This document shows positions 47,969-62,178 of a stretch of 64,000 bases of DNA, one piece after another. Position 1 is the stretch's first letter; every line of letters begins with the position of its first letter. The DNA comes from Geosiphon pyriformis uo1 (lineage: Eukaryota; Fungi; Glomeromycota). A program made the position numbers and the translations under genes. Location: positions 124,001 through 188,000 of the forward strand of contig JAAOMT010000563.1 of NCBI GenBank assembly GCA_016748015.1, given 5' to 3'. Below the pieces are notes generated by a model. That model searched no databases. It was not told where the DNA came from and was given only the letters and a program-made list of their open reading frames with translations.

Positions 47969-50900
47969 TCAGACGAAAAACTTTTTATTGATCAAGAAAA
48001 TTAACAGATTTAAATTAACCTTGGCGACTCCATCAAACAGGCTCATCACTTGAATTTTATTGAATTGACTTTGCAACAATTCTTCTAATCGTAATTCCAT
48101 TTGTCCACCAGGTATCGACACACTCATATATGCTGCCTCGACAGTGAAAATTCCCAGTTCGTCTGAGGCGATAGTGAAACTAATTTTATCAAATTGTTTC
48201 GGTGAGTAACCATCGATGGATAGGAGTACACCTTTTTCGTGAAGCCGTTGAGCCGTGTATTTGTATGAGCCGAATTTAGGAGCACGACCCGATCGTTGTA
48301 ATTCTCGAACATGAAAGTATTGTCGGGTGAAGGGAAGGACGAGTTTGGATTTCTTCCTGTATATTTTAAAAAGAAAATATTTTATGTTACCTATTTTCTG
48401 TCAAAAAGTCCGTCAGAAAATATTTAGTCAAACTTACCCTTTCTTGGTGGATAATTGTTGCATACAAACATCGATGTAATCATTGTAACTTTGTATCTGA
48501 TCATCCAAATATGTTCGTTTCTCATCTAAATTCGTCAAAGTTTGTTTAATCTGTTTCAACTCACGTTGTCTTTGAACTCGTCTCAGATGCTTATTTCGAA
48601 TGTCCACTGCTATCGCATTCAATATATCCTGATAATTATTTTGCCTTGATAATTTGCCTTCTGCTTCCAACCTTAGTACATTTTGTAATGTCAATTTTTT
48701 CAACTCAGTGAATTTCATGTTGGTAATATCATGCATCACATGCCGCTCAGAACTCTCGGCCGAAGAATGTCCATTATTTTTTTGACGATCTCCTTGACAA
48801 AGATCCGCATAAGCCTGTTCGTCTTGGTGGGTTACTGGACTCACCAATATATCTAAGAGATTTTTACCCGTTTGAACACGTAGTATTGATAGAATATATC
48901 GCTTAGTTTCCATGAATAATTGTGAAATATCGACTTCGGTTGATTTATGATTCGAATCAACATGATGGCGATTGGTAAGGGTAAGACTTATTTCATTGCT
49001 TGCCGATGCGTTTTGTTCTTCGTCCAATGATGGGACATCACCTAGTTCAGTAATAATCTGACGTAATGGATCGTTAGGTTGTGGAACGATCAAATCTAAA
49101 CGTTGAACTATCATCTCGTGCATTGAGAAAACTTCGACTGGTGAAATGTAAATGATGGGTTTGTGGGTGCGTGTGAGGTCATTATATTCATCAATATTGA
49201 AAAACATCTCGGGATCTTGAATTTCGGTCACTTATTATTAGAAAAGAGAGGTTTTAAGCATTTAAATATTCCGTTGTATGATTAATGAAAGTATGCCAAA
49301 GATATGGACTTTGGGGTTTGGATACGCACCAGCTGTGAAGAAACCAGAAAACCTATTTGAGGCATAGGTTACATATTCGTTCAATGGTTGTAAGTACATA
49401 TTTTCATCGGTGAAAAGACGACCCACAGAAATCTGGTTGAGCATCTTTGAAATCTATTATCCATAAATAAATCGATTAATTATGAATGCTATAACGTGAA
49501 TCCAAAAGAAAATCGTTAACAAGAAATAAGCAAACAAACCTCGGCCAAATTTTTACGCTGCATTGGACTGACTACAGTTTCGATGACATCAAACCCTTCT
49601 GGTGCTCTTGAATGCGGAGATGCAAACGATTAGAATACTCCATAAGGAATGTCCTGCTAATCATAAAAAAGACAAACTTACACAATAGCCGGATTTAAAT
49701 ATCGATAATAAACCAAATGTCCAACAACTTTCATCACAGCATCCTCAGATTCATTCGGAAACTTTTTCACTAAAGCTTTCTTTAGCTCTCGAGATATATA
49801 CCGAATACCATATGGCATTTTCGGAAGAGAGAGACAGATCGCGTTCAAGAAAACCTCTGTCTCTTTACGAAGACGTTGAAGATGGTGAATAAACGCGATG
49901 CGGATTTCTGGATCATTCAAAGCTTCCGTCTGGCTTAAATCAGTCGGTCGGGATGAAGGGTGTCCGGTACGTAATTCTTCGGCATTAACAAGGGTTCGAT
50001 ATATCTTCAAATGAAATGATCAATTAAAGCTACGTTTTAATTTTAATATTGTACAATATAAAATCTCACCACAAGAGGATCAGTCTCGAGGTCCATATAA
50101 TCGTCTTCCATGACATGTTTTACTAAAGGTCCCAATAAGTCCCGTAAAAATTTACGTTCTTTTGCCCCCCTTCAAAATTGAAACGGATTAAATGAAGGAT
50201 TTTTAATTTTGATACGTAGAGTAATTTTGGAGGAATAAAAAATTAGACTACTACTCACCGATTGTAGTGTACCACTAATTTCATAAACATGAAATTACCA
50301 CGCATGAATTCTTGTAGCGTATCCACGCTTTCCAACTCTTCCCACATACTCCTTTGAAACAGTTTCAACAATAAAAACTCCTCTCTTGCGTTTTGCGCAT
50401 AACCAAATAGTGTCAGTACTACACCTTCCACCATTTTCTTTGTTTTTTCAGGCACACGTGTTTTATTCATTATGAAAAACAGACGTGCAAGATAGGAGGG
50501 TTGTGTTTGCAATAAGTAAAAAAATTGTTGATAAAGTTCTAGTCGATGTCTTGATTCTTTGTCAAGAGATTTCAAGGCAAATGAACCACCAGATGAGCGT
50601 AATTGGGATAGACGACGTTGTCGTTTCTTTGGATTGGCGACAGCAATAACCTCGTCAAGTGTAATACGATTTTTTACGAGCAACGCGATTTTGATATCAA
50701 GGGTATTCAGGAGAATTTCCGATTGATCATTTGTACGGATCCGTTGAATTACAACTTGACGAACACGCTCTAGTTCTAAAATCAAAAGGAGCATTAATTA
50801 GTGTTATAAATCATTTTATACGATCTCAGTATCCAATGCACTTACCAATTTCTTCTTCGAAATCGAAATAACTGTCGTTCAATAAATGTATAAAATTTTT

Positions 50901-52961
50901 TATTGTTCCAATGGGGGGATTACTTCCGATTGCTTTTAAATTATGATGAAAGCAAATAATTTTTTTTATAAGTATATTGGTATTTAAAATACTCAAAAGA
51001 GTATAAAGGGGAAAAACTTACTTAAACTCCGATAAGCATCTCCATCTTTTTTGGCACGATATAGGCTCTGGATTCTGACAACCTTCTCAATATTCTTTCG
51101 AAAATATTCCAATCGATCTTGAAACTTTCTTCTTGCGATTGCACCACGTGATAATGCTTGTAGCTACAATGTGTAAGTCAAAATCTCAATAAATATTCTA
51201 TTTGAAGGAATAGAGTTTTAATGATTTTTACCTTTATAGCCCATCTCTCTAAATTCTCCATTTGACGAACCCGTTCTTGCCATTCACGTCGCAAAAACCA
51301 ACCTCGTGCGAGTGCCTGAACACGTATTATGAAAGGCTCAGCGTTTTTATGCAATTGACGTCTTTCAAGTAAAACGCGTCGTGCAAGATATGTACGAAAG
51401 GCGGCCTGACACCGAATAACTTTTCCCAAATTTTCTTGCCAGTATCTTCTGTTCTCTGATAGATATATATCGATAAAATTAATCGGCGTTCATTTGATGG
51501 AAAAATTGATTTAAATTAAATACTTGAATTCTGTGAGAAACCAGCATACTCTCTTCATCAGTTTCTTCGGGTTCCTCTACAAATTCGTTCAATTCAGCCG
51601 CTAAAGCGTGACCAACATTTGCAAAACTTGGCATCACCACTCCTGATGTGTCTAAACCTCGTTGAGTCACGGATAATTGTTCCTCTACAGAAGAGTTTTC
51701 CAGGTTAGACAAAGAATGGTTATATGATTTTGAATTTTCAAAAGATCCCTTGTTTTTATGTAATATTGTCATACCAGTAAATTCAAGTTTTCCCAATAAA
51801 TTTCGAATACGAGGTGTTAATCCACGCCGTGATAATAAATGACTATGTAAAAAAGGAATTTCCTTACTTAGGAAAATTCTTGATCTTCTCGATAAGCCCT
51901 CATTAATCAAAATAGATATAAATCATACCTTAGAGCATGTATGCAATAAATCACTCTAGGAATATTTTTCTTTTCGTATAAATCCGTTAATTCGAACCAA
52001 AATATCTACAGCGATAAAAATTCCAAGGTGAATTTTACGATCATAAAACAAAAAATTTCAATCAGATCTGTTAAGTGTCTCACATCAGGCAATCCAACTC
52101 GGCGTATAGCCATAAAAAAGAAATTAATATTATCCGAGTGCCGGAATTGCAATGTAGAAGCAGTAAAAATCCTTCGTACGACACTTGGGTCAAAAGATTT
52201 AGCTAATTTTGCTAAAACAATCCCATTCCGTAAACTTTCCTCTAGCTCAGCAATTGGATCGATTTCTTCCGCGATACATGCTTCAATCCATCTTCAAAAG
52301 TAATTCAATCTTGGGTTTAAATGATTATAATAAATGATAAAACTAGATAAAACCATCAAATAACATACTCTTTAGCTTCACCAATATGACACAAGTACTC
52401 GTACGCTTGAATATTTTTACGTTGGTGATCCATCCAATTGCGAAAGTTTCGACGCGAAGAGTCTTTTTGCAATCGAATTCGCCCTCTGAGACCTGCCAAT
52501 CAAAAAGTTCCATTATGGATTAAATAAGATTCGAGTGGGAACATTAAATGAGAGCGTTGATTTAAATTTATGTTAGGGATATCTGATATGGTTAACTTTT
52601 GAGATGGTTCATGCAAAACTTTCAATCTGATCTAAGAAGATCACTGGTGAAAGTTTCAGATATGTTCTATATTGTCGATATTTCATATGGCCTCTACTGT
52701 AATTTTTAAAATAAACCAGATTTTTCATCTCAACTCACCAGTTACGTCCTCGGCATTTTCGGTAATGGTAGGTATGGTCAAATCAGACAAGCCTTCCCTT
52801 CCTGATAACGTAGACAACCGTCTCAACTCGGGCACTGCAGACTTTGATAGATCACGTTGAGAAGTTGAGGCTCTTCGTGGTAATGTGTTATGTTGTCGAT
52901 GGTTGGGCGGGGTAGGACTGGTCGGAGACTGTATTGGAGAGTCCAAAATAGTAGAAGACAT
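47969..52961 (-). CDS. IQG1: IQGAP / Ras GTPase-activating-like protein (CH, IQ, RasGAP and RasGAP-C domains), multi-exon
   Basis: AYEYLCHIGEAKE|WIE, LRNGIVLAKL, FRHSDNINFF, DLYEKKNIPRVIYCIHAL, IQ motifs, MPYGIRYI, YYRYLNPAIV and C-terminal NLLIFLINKKF. Confidence 0.95.
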
Positions 52962-53659
52962 TTCAAGCAAGTTGGTTGTTCAAATTTTCTTTGGGGTTGC
53001 AAATTGGAACAAGATTGTATTGTTCAATGGGTCTTTTTAGTTTTCTACTTTGGGGGTTAGAGTTTTTTCGGTTTCCTTATTAATTTCAGTTAAATACAAG
53101 TCTTTTTCAGCACCAAAACACTTAAAAAAGATATGAAAATCACAAATTGTTTTTGTTAAAATGTATTAATTTGACTTTTACTTTACAGCTACCACGAAAA
53201 CTACAAAGACATACAACAAAGAGAATATCGTTATAAATATATCATGAAAACAAGCTGAGCGAGAGCGAACAGATTTAAAACATGCGTATAGCTGATAAGG
53301 GGCGCGTTCAACAGAGTGATACAATAAATAGGGAGTAAATACCAACACCCCATTGACTGATACTACACTTTGGAGATGTTGTGGTATGTCTCAAAGTACC
53401 ACCTGGGAAATTTTATTCACCAACGAACAAACAGTTATCCCTTGGGTTTTATTAAGAAATTTCTATATATGGAAATGCTTGACCTTAAATCAAGGGTCTT
53501 TCAAATTTGGTACTATTTTCACTAAACTTTTTTTGAACACCAAATTTTCATTACAGTTTTACTAAATGTTAAATATTTTCCTTTTCTTTTATTTTGTATT
53601 AAAGAAATAATTTCATTATTACTTAATTCATTCTATTTTTTAACATAATAATAATAAAT

Positions 53660-55790
53660 ATAAATGCTTAACCATTGAAAAATTATGGTAAAAAAAATCA
53701 AAAAAGCTTTATATCTTACAGACAAATTAAAATTTGTTATAATTTTATTAGTATGACCATTGTAAATATATTCAAAAAAATTAATAAACTTGTTACATAT
53801 TTTAATTTTTCTTAAATTATTATTTAAATGATTCTATTTCATTGAGTTATAAGTCTTGTATATGTTCTAAAGCACCAACCAGATTTTTTTGCTCTTTTTT
53901 AATATGTTTTTAACAATAAAACCAATAATAAAGATAGAAAACTGAATTAAAGTACTTTTAAAAACTAAAAAGTTGTTCTTTTTAAGAATATCATACTTAA
54001 TATATGTCACCAAAATATAATTAAACAAAACTTTAAACAGAATTTTTTATGTAATTTTTATTAGAGTTATAAATTTAGTATTAATTAAAATATCTTCTTA
54101 TTTGTAAAATTTTAAAATTATAAATACTAATGTCTTCTTTTAAGTATTAAAAATCTTTTTTCTTAGAAGACACTTATTAAGCAAACTTAAAAGCTAATAT
54201 AAAACAAATTTATTATAGTATTTTTATATTTTATTAGAAATTTCAAAAAAACCAAATGATTTTTTATTTAAAAAATCTTTAATAATTGCTAAAAACTTAG
54301 TAAATTCAATTCTCTTTATAATATTAAAGAAAGTGCTATTATTTATATAATTAAAAAATACAAATTGCTATTGCCAATAATAGAGTATATTGCTTTAATT
54401 ATATATTTTCTGGTTCATTTTTTTATAATCAGATTAATTTTATTTTTAATCAAATTAGAATTTAAAATTAACTTATTGTTAATAACTAAGTAATCTAATA
54501 TTACTTTTCTAACCAGTTTTTTCAATACATTATTGATTATTTGATCTTTATTATTAGTAAAAAAATTTATGTACTTATTAATAACAGTTCTTATACTATA
54601 ATTTTTAACTGTTTTGGTTTTTAATAATTTATAAAACTTATATGTTTTCTTAAATTAAACCAATATTTGTTTCACTTTACTTATTTTAAAATTACTATTT
54701 ATAATACTAATAAATTATTAGTTAAATCTGAATCCAATGTAATTTATTTGTTTAATAAAATCTGAAGTTATTTTAAATTACCAAATTTAAATATTTTTAA
54801 GATCTTAAAAATTAACAATTTTAATATATAAAATTTGAATAAAACAGTATTTTTAATTGAACTATTGTCTTAAAACCAGATTTTTAAAAAAGCAGTATCT
54901 GTTGTAAAAACTATTATGTGACTTATAAAACCTTATATTGTATTAAAATTTTCAATTTTTTTGTATAAATTAAAATTTGTAATAATATTTAAAGCAATAT
55001 TTAAAGATAAAATATTAAATCTCTTTTAATAATATTTTTTATTCTGTATTTTTAATAATTTCTGTTTATTTGTTTTTATACCAAATTAACTTAAGAGTTA
55101 AAAAAAATTTTAAACTAATATTTACTAAAATAATCAAATAATTAAAGTTAAAGAATTTATCTTAACAATATATCTGTTAATTAAACACAATATTTTAAAA
55201 ACTTTTATTAACTATTACAAAATTCAAACACTTTTATTTATTTTGTGTGTTAGATTAAGTTGGAGTTTCATAAACAAAAAAATTATAATAAGTATTAGAA
55301 AAATATAAATTCAAGAATTTTTTAAAACTAATATTGTGACCAGATTTATTTTGTTTAAAATTATTTTTAAACATTACAAATAAGCTGTTGTTTACTGTTA
55401 TAACTACTAGCAAATTAATTTTATAAACCTAAACTAATTTTTTTTAGTGTAGCACTAGCATATAAACTTAAATTTGTGATTAAAAAATAGTTTTTAAACA
55501 GAAAACATATTAATAACCAATAGCTTATTACTTCTAAAATCTTATATACATACTTTACTATATTATTATTTACAATAATAATAACACTTAAATCAAAATA
55601 ATTAAAATTAATTTCAAAAGTAAAATAATATTATTATTAAATTTGTTTTTAATTTATAATCTAATCTTATTATGTAATTTTGTTTTTGAAATTATTAAAA
55701 CTAAATTATTTATTTTTATATGCTATTTAATAATATTTTTTGGTTTACAGAATTGTTTATCTCTTTAATATTATATATAACAACTTTTTA
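53660..55790 (-). mobile_element. AT-eroded ghost LINE ORF2 (endonuclease to RT)
   Basis: The reverse complement near 55470 (tttatatgctagtgct) continues colinearly with the endonuclease region. Near 53880, aaaatctggttggtgctttagaacatatacaagacttataactca matches the WLVLQDM.K.YDS RT motif at 17625-17670. Boundaries are approximate. Confidence 0.78.
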
Positions 55791-56117
55791 AACAAGACTA
55801 GTCATTAAAATAAATAAAAAATAAAAAAGCCAAAACCAAAAATTAACAGTATTATCAGTGGGTTTTGTCAATATTTGAAAACATTTTTTAGCTTAATTGG
55901 TAACACATATTACCATGATTATGTTACTAACTATAGCATATTATGAGTGTATGAACTATTTCAGTAAGTGGGAAAGTGAAAAGAAGTATTTGATAAAGTC
56001 ATTAAAAATAAAGAAAAGTATTATCATTATTATTTGTTTTTGAACAAGAACTAGTCTTAGGTATTTTGAAAAGGAAAAAAAGTCACATCTCTTTATATAT
56101 ATTAAAAACACAACCAG

Positions 56118-57370
56118 TATTACCAGTAGAATTTTAGCTATTAATTAGCATAAAATTACTCTTATAATTCTTAGTATATATTATTATCATTTCAATTATC
56201 ATTTATTATTTAATCAAATTATCAAATATTATTATTCAATTAATAATTCGATTTGTACTATAGAAATTAAGATAATCAAATTATCAAATATTATTATTCA
56301 ATTAATAATTCGATTTGTACTATAGAAATTAAGATAATCAAATTATCAAATATTATTATTCAATTAATAATTCGATTTGTACTATAGAAATTAAGATAAT
56401 CAAATTATCAAATATTATTATTCAATTAATAATTCGATTTGTACTATAGAAATTAAGATAATCAAATTATCAAATATTATTATTCAATTAATAATTCGAT
56501 TTGTACTATAGAAATTAAGATAATCAAATTATCAAATATTATTATTCAATTAATAATTCGATTTGTACTATAGAAATTAAGATAATCAAATTACACAATA
56601 TCCTGAACCATTTAATATTCAAAAATTCGCTGAAATTAGCAGAAATTGGCCGAAATAATTAATAGTTTGTAGAAATAACTTGTAGTTTGCTGAAATAAAT
56701 TTTTAGTTCACCAAAATTGTAGCAAAAAAAAAAGTGCAAGTTTAAAGACTAGTACTATAACAAGTTGTATAAAAAAAGAGCTTTTCTCTTCAAAAAAAAA
56801 TATTTTACTTTAGATATCATAATTAAAACAAATTATTTCTTATATATTCTTATAAAATCAGATAAAAATTAAATATTTAAAAACTAAATCCTTAATTATT
56901 ATACTTGAAATTCACAAAACTTCAACTAACATTTTGAAATTGATTAGCTACCAATTTCAATAATCTGTTAGTGACTTCAGATCTGGATAAAAAACGTTTT
57001 CCTTAACAAAATTCTATTTCTTTTACATTTTTTTATTTTTTCTTTCTTTTTTTATTATAATAATTAAGATAGCTTACAGACAGAATTTCTGTAGAAAAGT
57101 TGACTTTCATAGCAAAATAACTACACATTTTTAGTGAGCTTCCAAATGAGCAATTCCTAAAAAAAAGTTGATATTTACTACAATATAACTACATATAGTA
57201 ACTAATACAAAATTGGCTATTCCACTTATAAGCTTAGCAGTTCAAATTATAGAAGATAATTTGAAAATAAATTTAGTTATTGAAAATACAACTACTTTCT
57301 GAGAACATGAATTTACAGTAAACAAACATTAACAACATTCAGTAAAAGAGACCAAAAACCTCTGATAATA
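56118..57370 (+). mobile_element. Older solo LTR of the same Gypsy family, opposite orientation, with an internal tandem array
   Basis: Reverse complement of the 19017 and 60398 LTRs. Eroded ends TATTACCAG...TCTGATAATA. TSD-like CCAG (56114-56117) / CCAA (57371-57374). Confidence 0.9.
56211..56593 (+). repeat. Perfect tandem array, 62-bp unit x6 plus 11 bp
   Basis: Unit taatcaaattatcaaatattattattcaattaataattcgatttgtactatagaaattaaga starts at 56211, 56273, 56335, 56397, 56459 and 56521. Confidence 0.97.
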
Positions 57371-57899
57371 CCAACAATAAAAGCAAAACCAAACTACTTT
57401 AATAAATATATAACCAGAATTTTTTTAATTAGTCATTGAAAGAATGTGGTATTTAAATGATTATTTTGAAAACAAAATTATAGCAATAATAAAAGAATTG
57501 TAAAAGTAAAACATAACTGAAATAAATTTTGATTAAATTTTTTATTGTTGAAACTACTCTCTAATAATATGATATTTTATTACTTATTTTTATATTTAAC
57601 AACTTGTTTAATAAAACAAAACTTAATGCAAAATAGTAATAACAATGATTTTAAAAGATTGGAAGTAATAAAACAACTTGAAATGATAATAACAAATAGG
57701 TAAAAGATTATAAACAACATGATTTTAAATGGTAATAAAGAATATGAGAAGGCATACTTGAGATTGTAATAATAAGTATTTAGAGCATAGGAAGAGGGAA
57801 AAAAAAAGTAAAGAGTAAAGAAAAAAACTAACTGCTTACTATAAAACTATAATGACAAGTTAGCTTAATATTGAACTGATATTTTTCTAAGCTAACAAA

Positions 57900-59500
57900 G
57901 AAGCTGTATTTATAATTAAATTATATCAGATCTATATACTATATTAAGATTATTTAAAATACATTAATTATTTATATATATTGAATTAATTAATTCATAA
58001 TAAGCTTATTCAACCTGTTATTTATTCAAAAGCTAGTAATTTAGATAATCAGATTTAAATAGCTGGATCTAAAACATTGATCATAAATCAATAATACCTA
58101 TTATAATTATGATCAATATAATTAGAAGTAGATTAATTGATTATATTTCTTGGTAACTACTTTTAATTATTGATTGCAGATCTGGAATGTTAGATTGTTT
58201 TAATAAAGATATTGTTACAGGTGATTATTTGGGGTCTCAAAGTAAATAACAAACCCGTAATTTAGTGCTCAATTGATATAATTATATTGGTTTCTGAAGG
58301 TTTTGTTGATCTGAAAATTTTTGTTATGGAGTCCTTTGTATAATGGACAGAGATTTAATGATAATATTGCTCTTGTTAGTAAGTTGCTTTTCTAATTTCT
58401 TTTTTAGCTTGGTGGCCAGATTTATTCTGGCAGTTGTGCTCTTCTGGTAAGCTATTCATTAATATATATATAATTCTACTCTTATTTCTGGGTCTTTTAC
58501 CAGGCTATTTGTGATGTTAATTATTCAGTACTTAATTCTTTTAATCAATTTAGTAAACAACAAAAAAAAATAAAAAAAAATAAAGAAAATAAAAAAAAAT
58601 AAAAAAATAAAAAAAATAAAATAAGAAATAGTGTTTTGTTAATAGCCATAATCAAAAGCTATTGTGCCAACAGGTTAAGTTGTGAATAATAACATAAATT
58701 TAAGAATAATGGATAATTTCATTAATATGAAAGTAATTTCACTTCAAGTTATAGTATTTTATCTTTTGAAGGAAGGGTATTTAATAATTATGACCTGTGA
58801 ATCTAATTGACTTTGAGAGTCCTATTGACTCTCAGTTTTCTTAACTTTGAGCTTAATTAACTTTGGAAGTCTACTTGACTAATTTTTTAGCTTCTGATAC
58901 TACTGCTATATATACATAAATTTTATTATACAAGATTCCTTGAATTCCTCAATTTTTTAGCCAGGAATTTTGAAATTCCTGGAATCCTGTAATTTTTTTG
59001 AGAGAAATTCTAGAATTCTGGAATCCTGCAATTCCTTATACAAGAATCCTGAAATTCCTAAAATCCTGCAATTCCTTTGAAAGGAATCTTAGAATTCCAT
59101 ATTTACTATGTCTACTTTTGATTGGCTAATTTATATGCTAATATACTTTCTATATTCTATAAATAACAGCATATAAGAATCTTAAAGCATAACAAAGTTT
59201 GTTATTATTAGATAATATGCATTAATCATTTATTTTTATTGGTGTTTTTTGGTTTGCCAAGATTTTTTTGTATCCAATTTAGTTAAACTATTAGATTGTA
59301 TTATATCTTTTTGTTGTAATTAGATTAATTGCTGATTATTTATTTTTGGATTGCTGGCTGATTTTGTTGATTAATTGTGATAATATAGGCCTTTTTTGTA
59401 TGATTTTGATGTTAATTTCCATTGTATATGTTGTAATTTTTGCATTGAAAAGCATAAAAATCTTCTGGTAACAACAGGTTTAAATAAGTCAAAACTACAT
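57900..59500. mobile_element. Degenerate CpG-depleted repeat, possibly LTR-retroelement derived, with an internal GGAATCCTG/AATTCC array at 58930-59100
   Basis: Intermediate GC with CpG nearly absent, a short-period repeat, and partial homology to 15330-15410. I could not read a diagnostic domain. Confidence 0.4.
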
Positions 59501-60397
59501 ATATAGAATTTTTTAAAGCCAATATTTTGGTTTTCAGATTACCAATATTAATAGTAAAAATTTTGGTATCTTTAAAAATTAATTAAAACATACTATTAAC
59601 TATTGAATTATTAGCAAAAGAAGATATATTAAAAATATTTATGTTAATACTAATAAAACCATTAAAAAAACATCTAAGAATAAATAAGATAAGAAGATAG
59701 ATAGAAAAAAAATTTTTACAAATATGTTTAATATAATAAAAATTTTAAAAACTTTGTTACTAAAAAATTCTATAAAATATTTAAGCATGCTTAAATAAGA
59801 GTTTAAAAAAGATGAAACAAAAAAAATAAAATTAGCCAAAATATCAAATAAAACAGTTTTATGAAAAATTATATTAAAATAAAAATTAGTTATACTATTA
59901 CTAATTATTTAAGTTTACAATATATCTTTAAATACCAAAAAACAGAACATAAGAACTTGTTTTTTAGCATAAAAATAAACAAAATATAAATGTATTTTCT
60001 TAAAAAATAATTGTTTAGAGAATTTTTTGGTAAAAAAATGTAAAAAATTAACATAATTATATTTTAAAACTAAATATTTAAAATAATTATATTTATAACA
60101 ATAAATTAAATCAAATTTAATCCAAAAAAGTTTAATATTATTAAAAACAAAAACAGTTATTATTTATAGAAAAAGAATACAAGAAAAAAACAAGAAAAAC
60201 AAATTATAAAAATAGATTAATAAAAAAATAGTATTTAATATATGAACACATTTTCAAAAATATGTATATTTAAAAAAAATAAGCATATTTACAAGGAATA
60301 AACATATTTTCAAAAAATTATGGCATATTGTTTAAGAATAAAAACAGTTTTAGAAAGTAATATAAAAAAAAGTAAGAATATGTAAGATCTTATATAA

Positions 60398-61372
60398 TGT
60401 TACCAGAGGTTTTTGGTCTCTTTTCTTAAATGTTGTTAATGCTTGTTTGCTGTGAATTCACGTTTTCTGGATGTGGTTAAATCTCTAGTAACTGAATTTA
60501 TCTTCAAATTATCTTCTATAATTTAAACTGCTGGGCTTATAAGTGGAACGGCCAATTCCGTGCCAGTTACTTTGTATAGTTACGTTGTAGTAAACGTCAA
60601 CTCTTTCCCAGAAATTGCTCATCTGGAAGCTTACTAAAAAATGTGTAGTTACTTTGCTATGAAAGTCAACTCTTCTACAGGAATCTTATCTGTAGACTAC
60701 CCTGATGATTGTAATAAGAAAAGAAAAGAAAAATAAAAGAAATGTAAAAAGAATAGAATTTTATCAAGGGAAACGTTTTTCTATTCAGGCCTGAAATAAC
60801 TAACAGTTTTATTGAAATTGGTAGCTAATCAATTTCAAAACTGTTTAGTAAGAATTGGTTAATTTCACAAGAGAAATAATTAAGGATTTGATTTTTCGAA
60901 TTATTTGATATTTATTTCATTTTTGTGTGTAAAGGATAATTCTAATTGTTAAATCTGAAGTAAGATACATTTTCTCAAAGAGAGAAGCTTTTCTTTTATA
61001 CAACTTGTCATAACACTATACTATGAACTTGAACTTTGCTTTTTTCTATAATTTTGCTGAACTAAAGATACATTTCGGCGAACTACAAGTTATTTCTGCA
61101 AACTATTAGATATTTTGGTGAACTATCAATTATTTCAGCAAATTTTTACAAATTTTGGTAAACTTTTGAATGTTACATATTTCAAAGTATTGCATAATTA
61201 ATCATTGTACTTAGGTTACATTTGTGTTATGTACAAATTGGGTTATTAGTTAAATAATAATTTTGGACATTTTGCTAAGTGATGATTTGAAATGATAATA
61301 TATGCTAATTAATAATAAGATTTATAAGGGTAATTTCATGCTAAACAATATCTTTAATTTTGTCTGATAACA
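60398..61372 (-). repeat. 3' LTR (975 bp)
   Basis: TGTTACCAGA...TCTGATAACA ends; colinear with the solo LTR at 19017-19999. Confidence 0.95.
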
Positions 61373-62058
61373 TAACCTCCTCCTCAAAACTGAGCTCTAT
61401 CAAAGTCCAAGTACTGTCTGTAATTTCCAGATAATAATCCAAAATTATTAAAGAAATTTGATTTGAAAATTGTTGGAATTTCAGTTCTGTAAGCTTTCCA
61501 ATGTATTGAATCTTCAAAGATTGTAAAATTGGGTTTTGTAGGACATTTTCACAGGTGTGGAATAGGTCATAAAGTCTAAGAGCAGCTCTTAGTTTATAAT
61601 GACTGTTTGTAGGTCCAGCTGTTGTCTTGAATTTATTGTGAAGTTGTTTCCGAATAGCTTCTTTTGTGAGGTTTGCTGCTATAAGCTCCCATTTTTGTTC
61701 GTGAAGTGTTTTTCCAATGTAGAAATATCTATATATTGAGATAGTCATAGTTTTCTTCATTAAAACACAGTTGAAGTTTTTGTTGAATAGTAGCATTTGG
61801 TAGAATACTAATAGAAATGAGCATTAAGTTTTCTCTTAAAGCAAGCTTTAAAAGTTCTGGCAAATGAATTCCAGAATAACTTCTTGTGTTCTTCTTATAT
61901 GGGTGATATTTTCGTGAATTTGGGACTGAATTTGTAACTACTTCTGTTTGGGTATAATTAATGTGGTTTCCAGTAACAGTAATAGATAATTCAGGTATTG
62001 TTTTTAAAGCTAACATTAATTTTTGGGATAATTGTTAAATGTTTTGAGGAATAGTCAT
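61341..62058 (-). pseudogene. Extra ORF (ORF3) of the Gypsy element, between pol and the 3' LTR; one nonsense change and one frameshift
   Basis: ATG 62058 is in frame with ORF 61729-62016 via a CAA>TAA change. It overlaps ORF 61341-61796 (YRYFYIGKTL...LRAALRLYDLF...IGKLT..F) and runs through the PPT into the LTR. Confidence 0.65.
61376..61385 (-). promoter_or_regulatory. Polypurine tract GAGGAGGAGG
   Basis: Lies 3 nt upstream of the 3' LTR on the minus strand. Confidence 0.85.
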
Positions 62059-62178
62059 TATAAGAGATTTGAAATAAAAGAAAATTATTTTTGGTATATG
62101 GGTTTTTATGTTATTTTTGTTTTGTTTTTTTGTAAGATTGTTTCTAAATTATAAGAAGATAACTATAATAAATTTAAG

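Noticed and set aside
56211-56593. CRISPR-like array
   Set aside because: Units are contiguous and identical with no spacers, lie inside an LTR, and no cas genes are present.
59600-60397. Possible Gypsy RNase H ghost on the + strand
   Set aside because: Too eroded to support beyond one weak motif.
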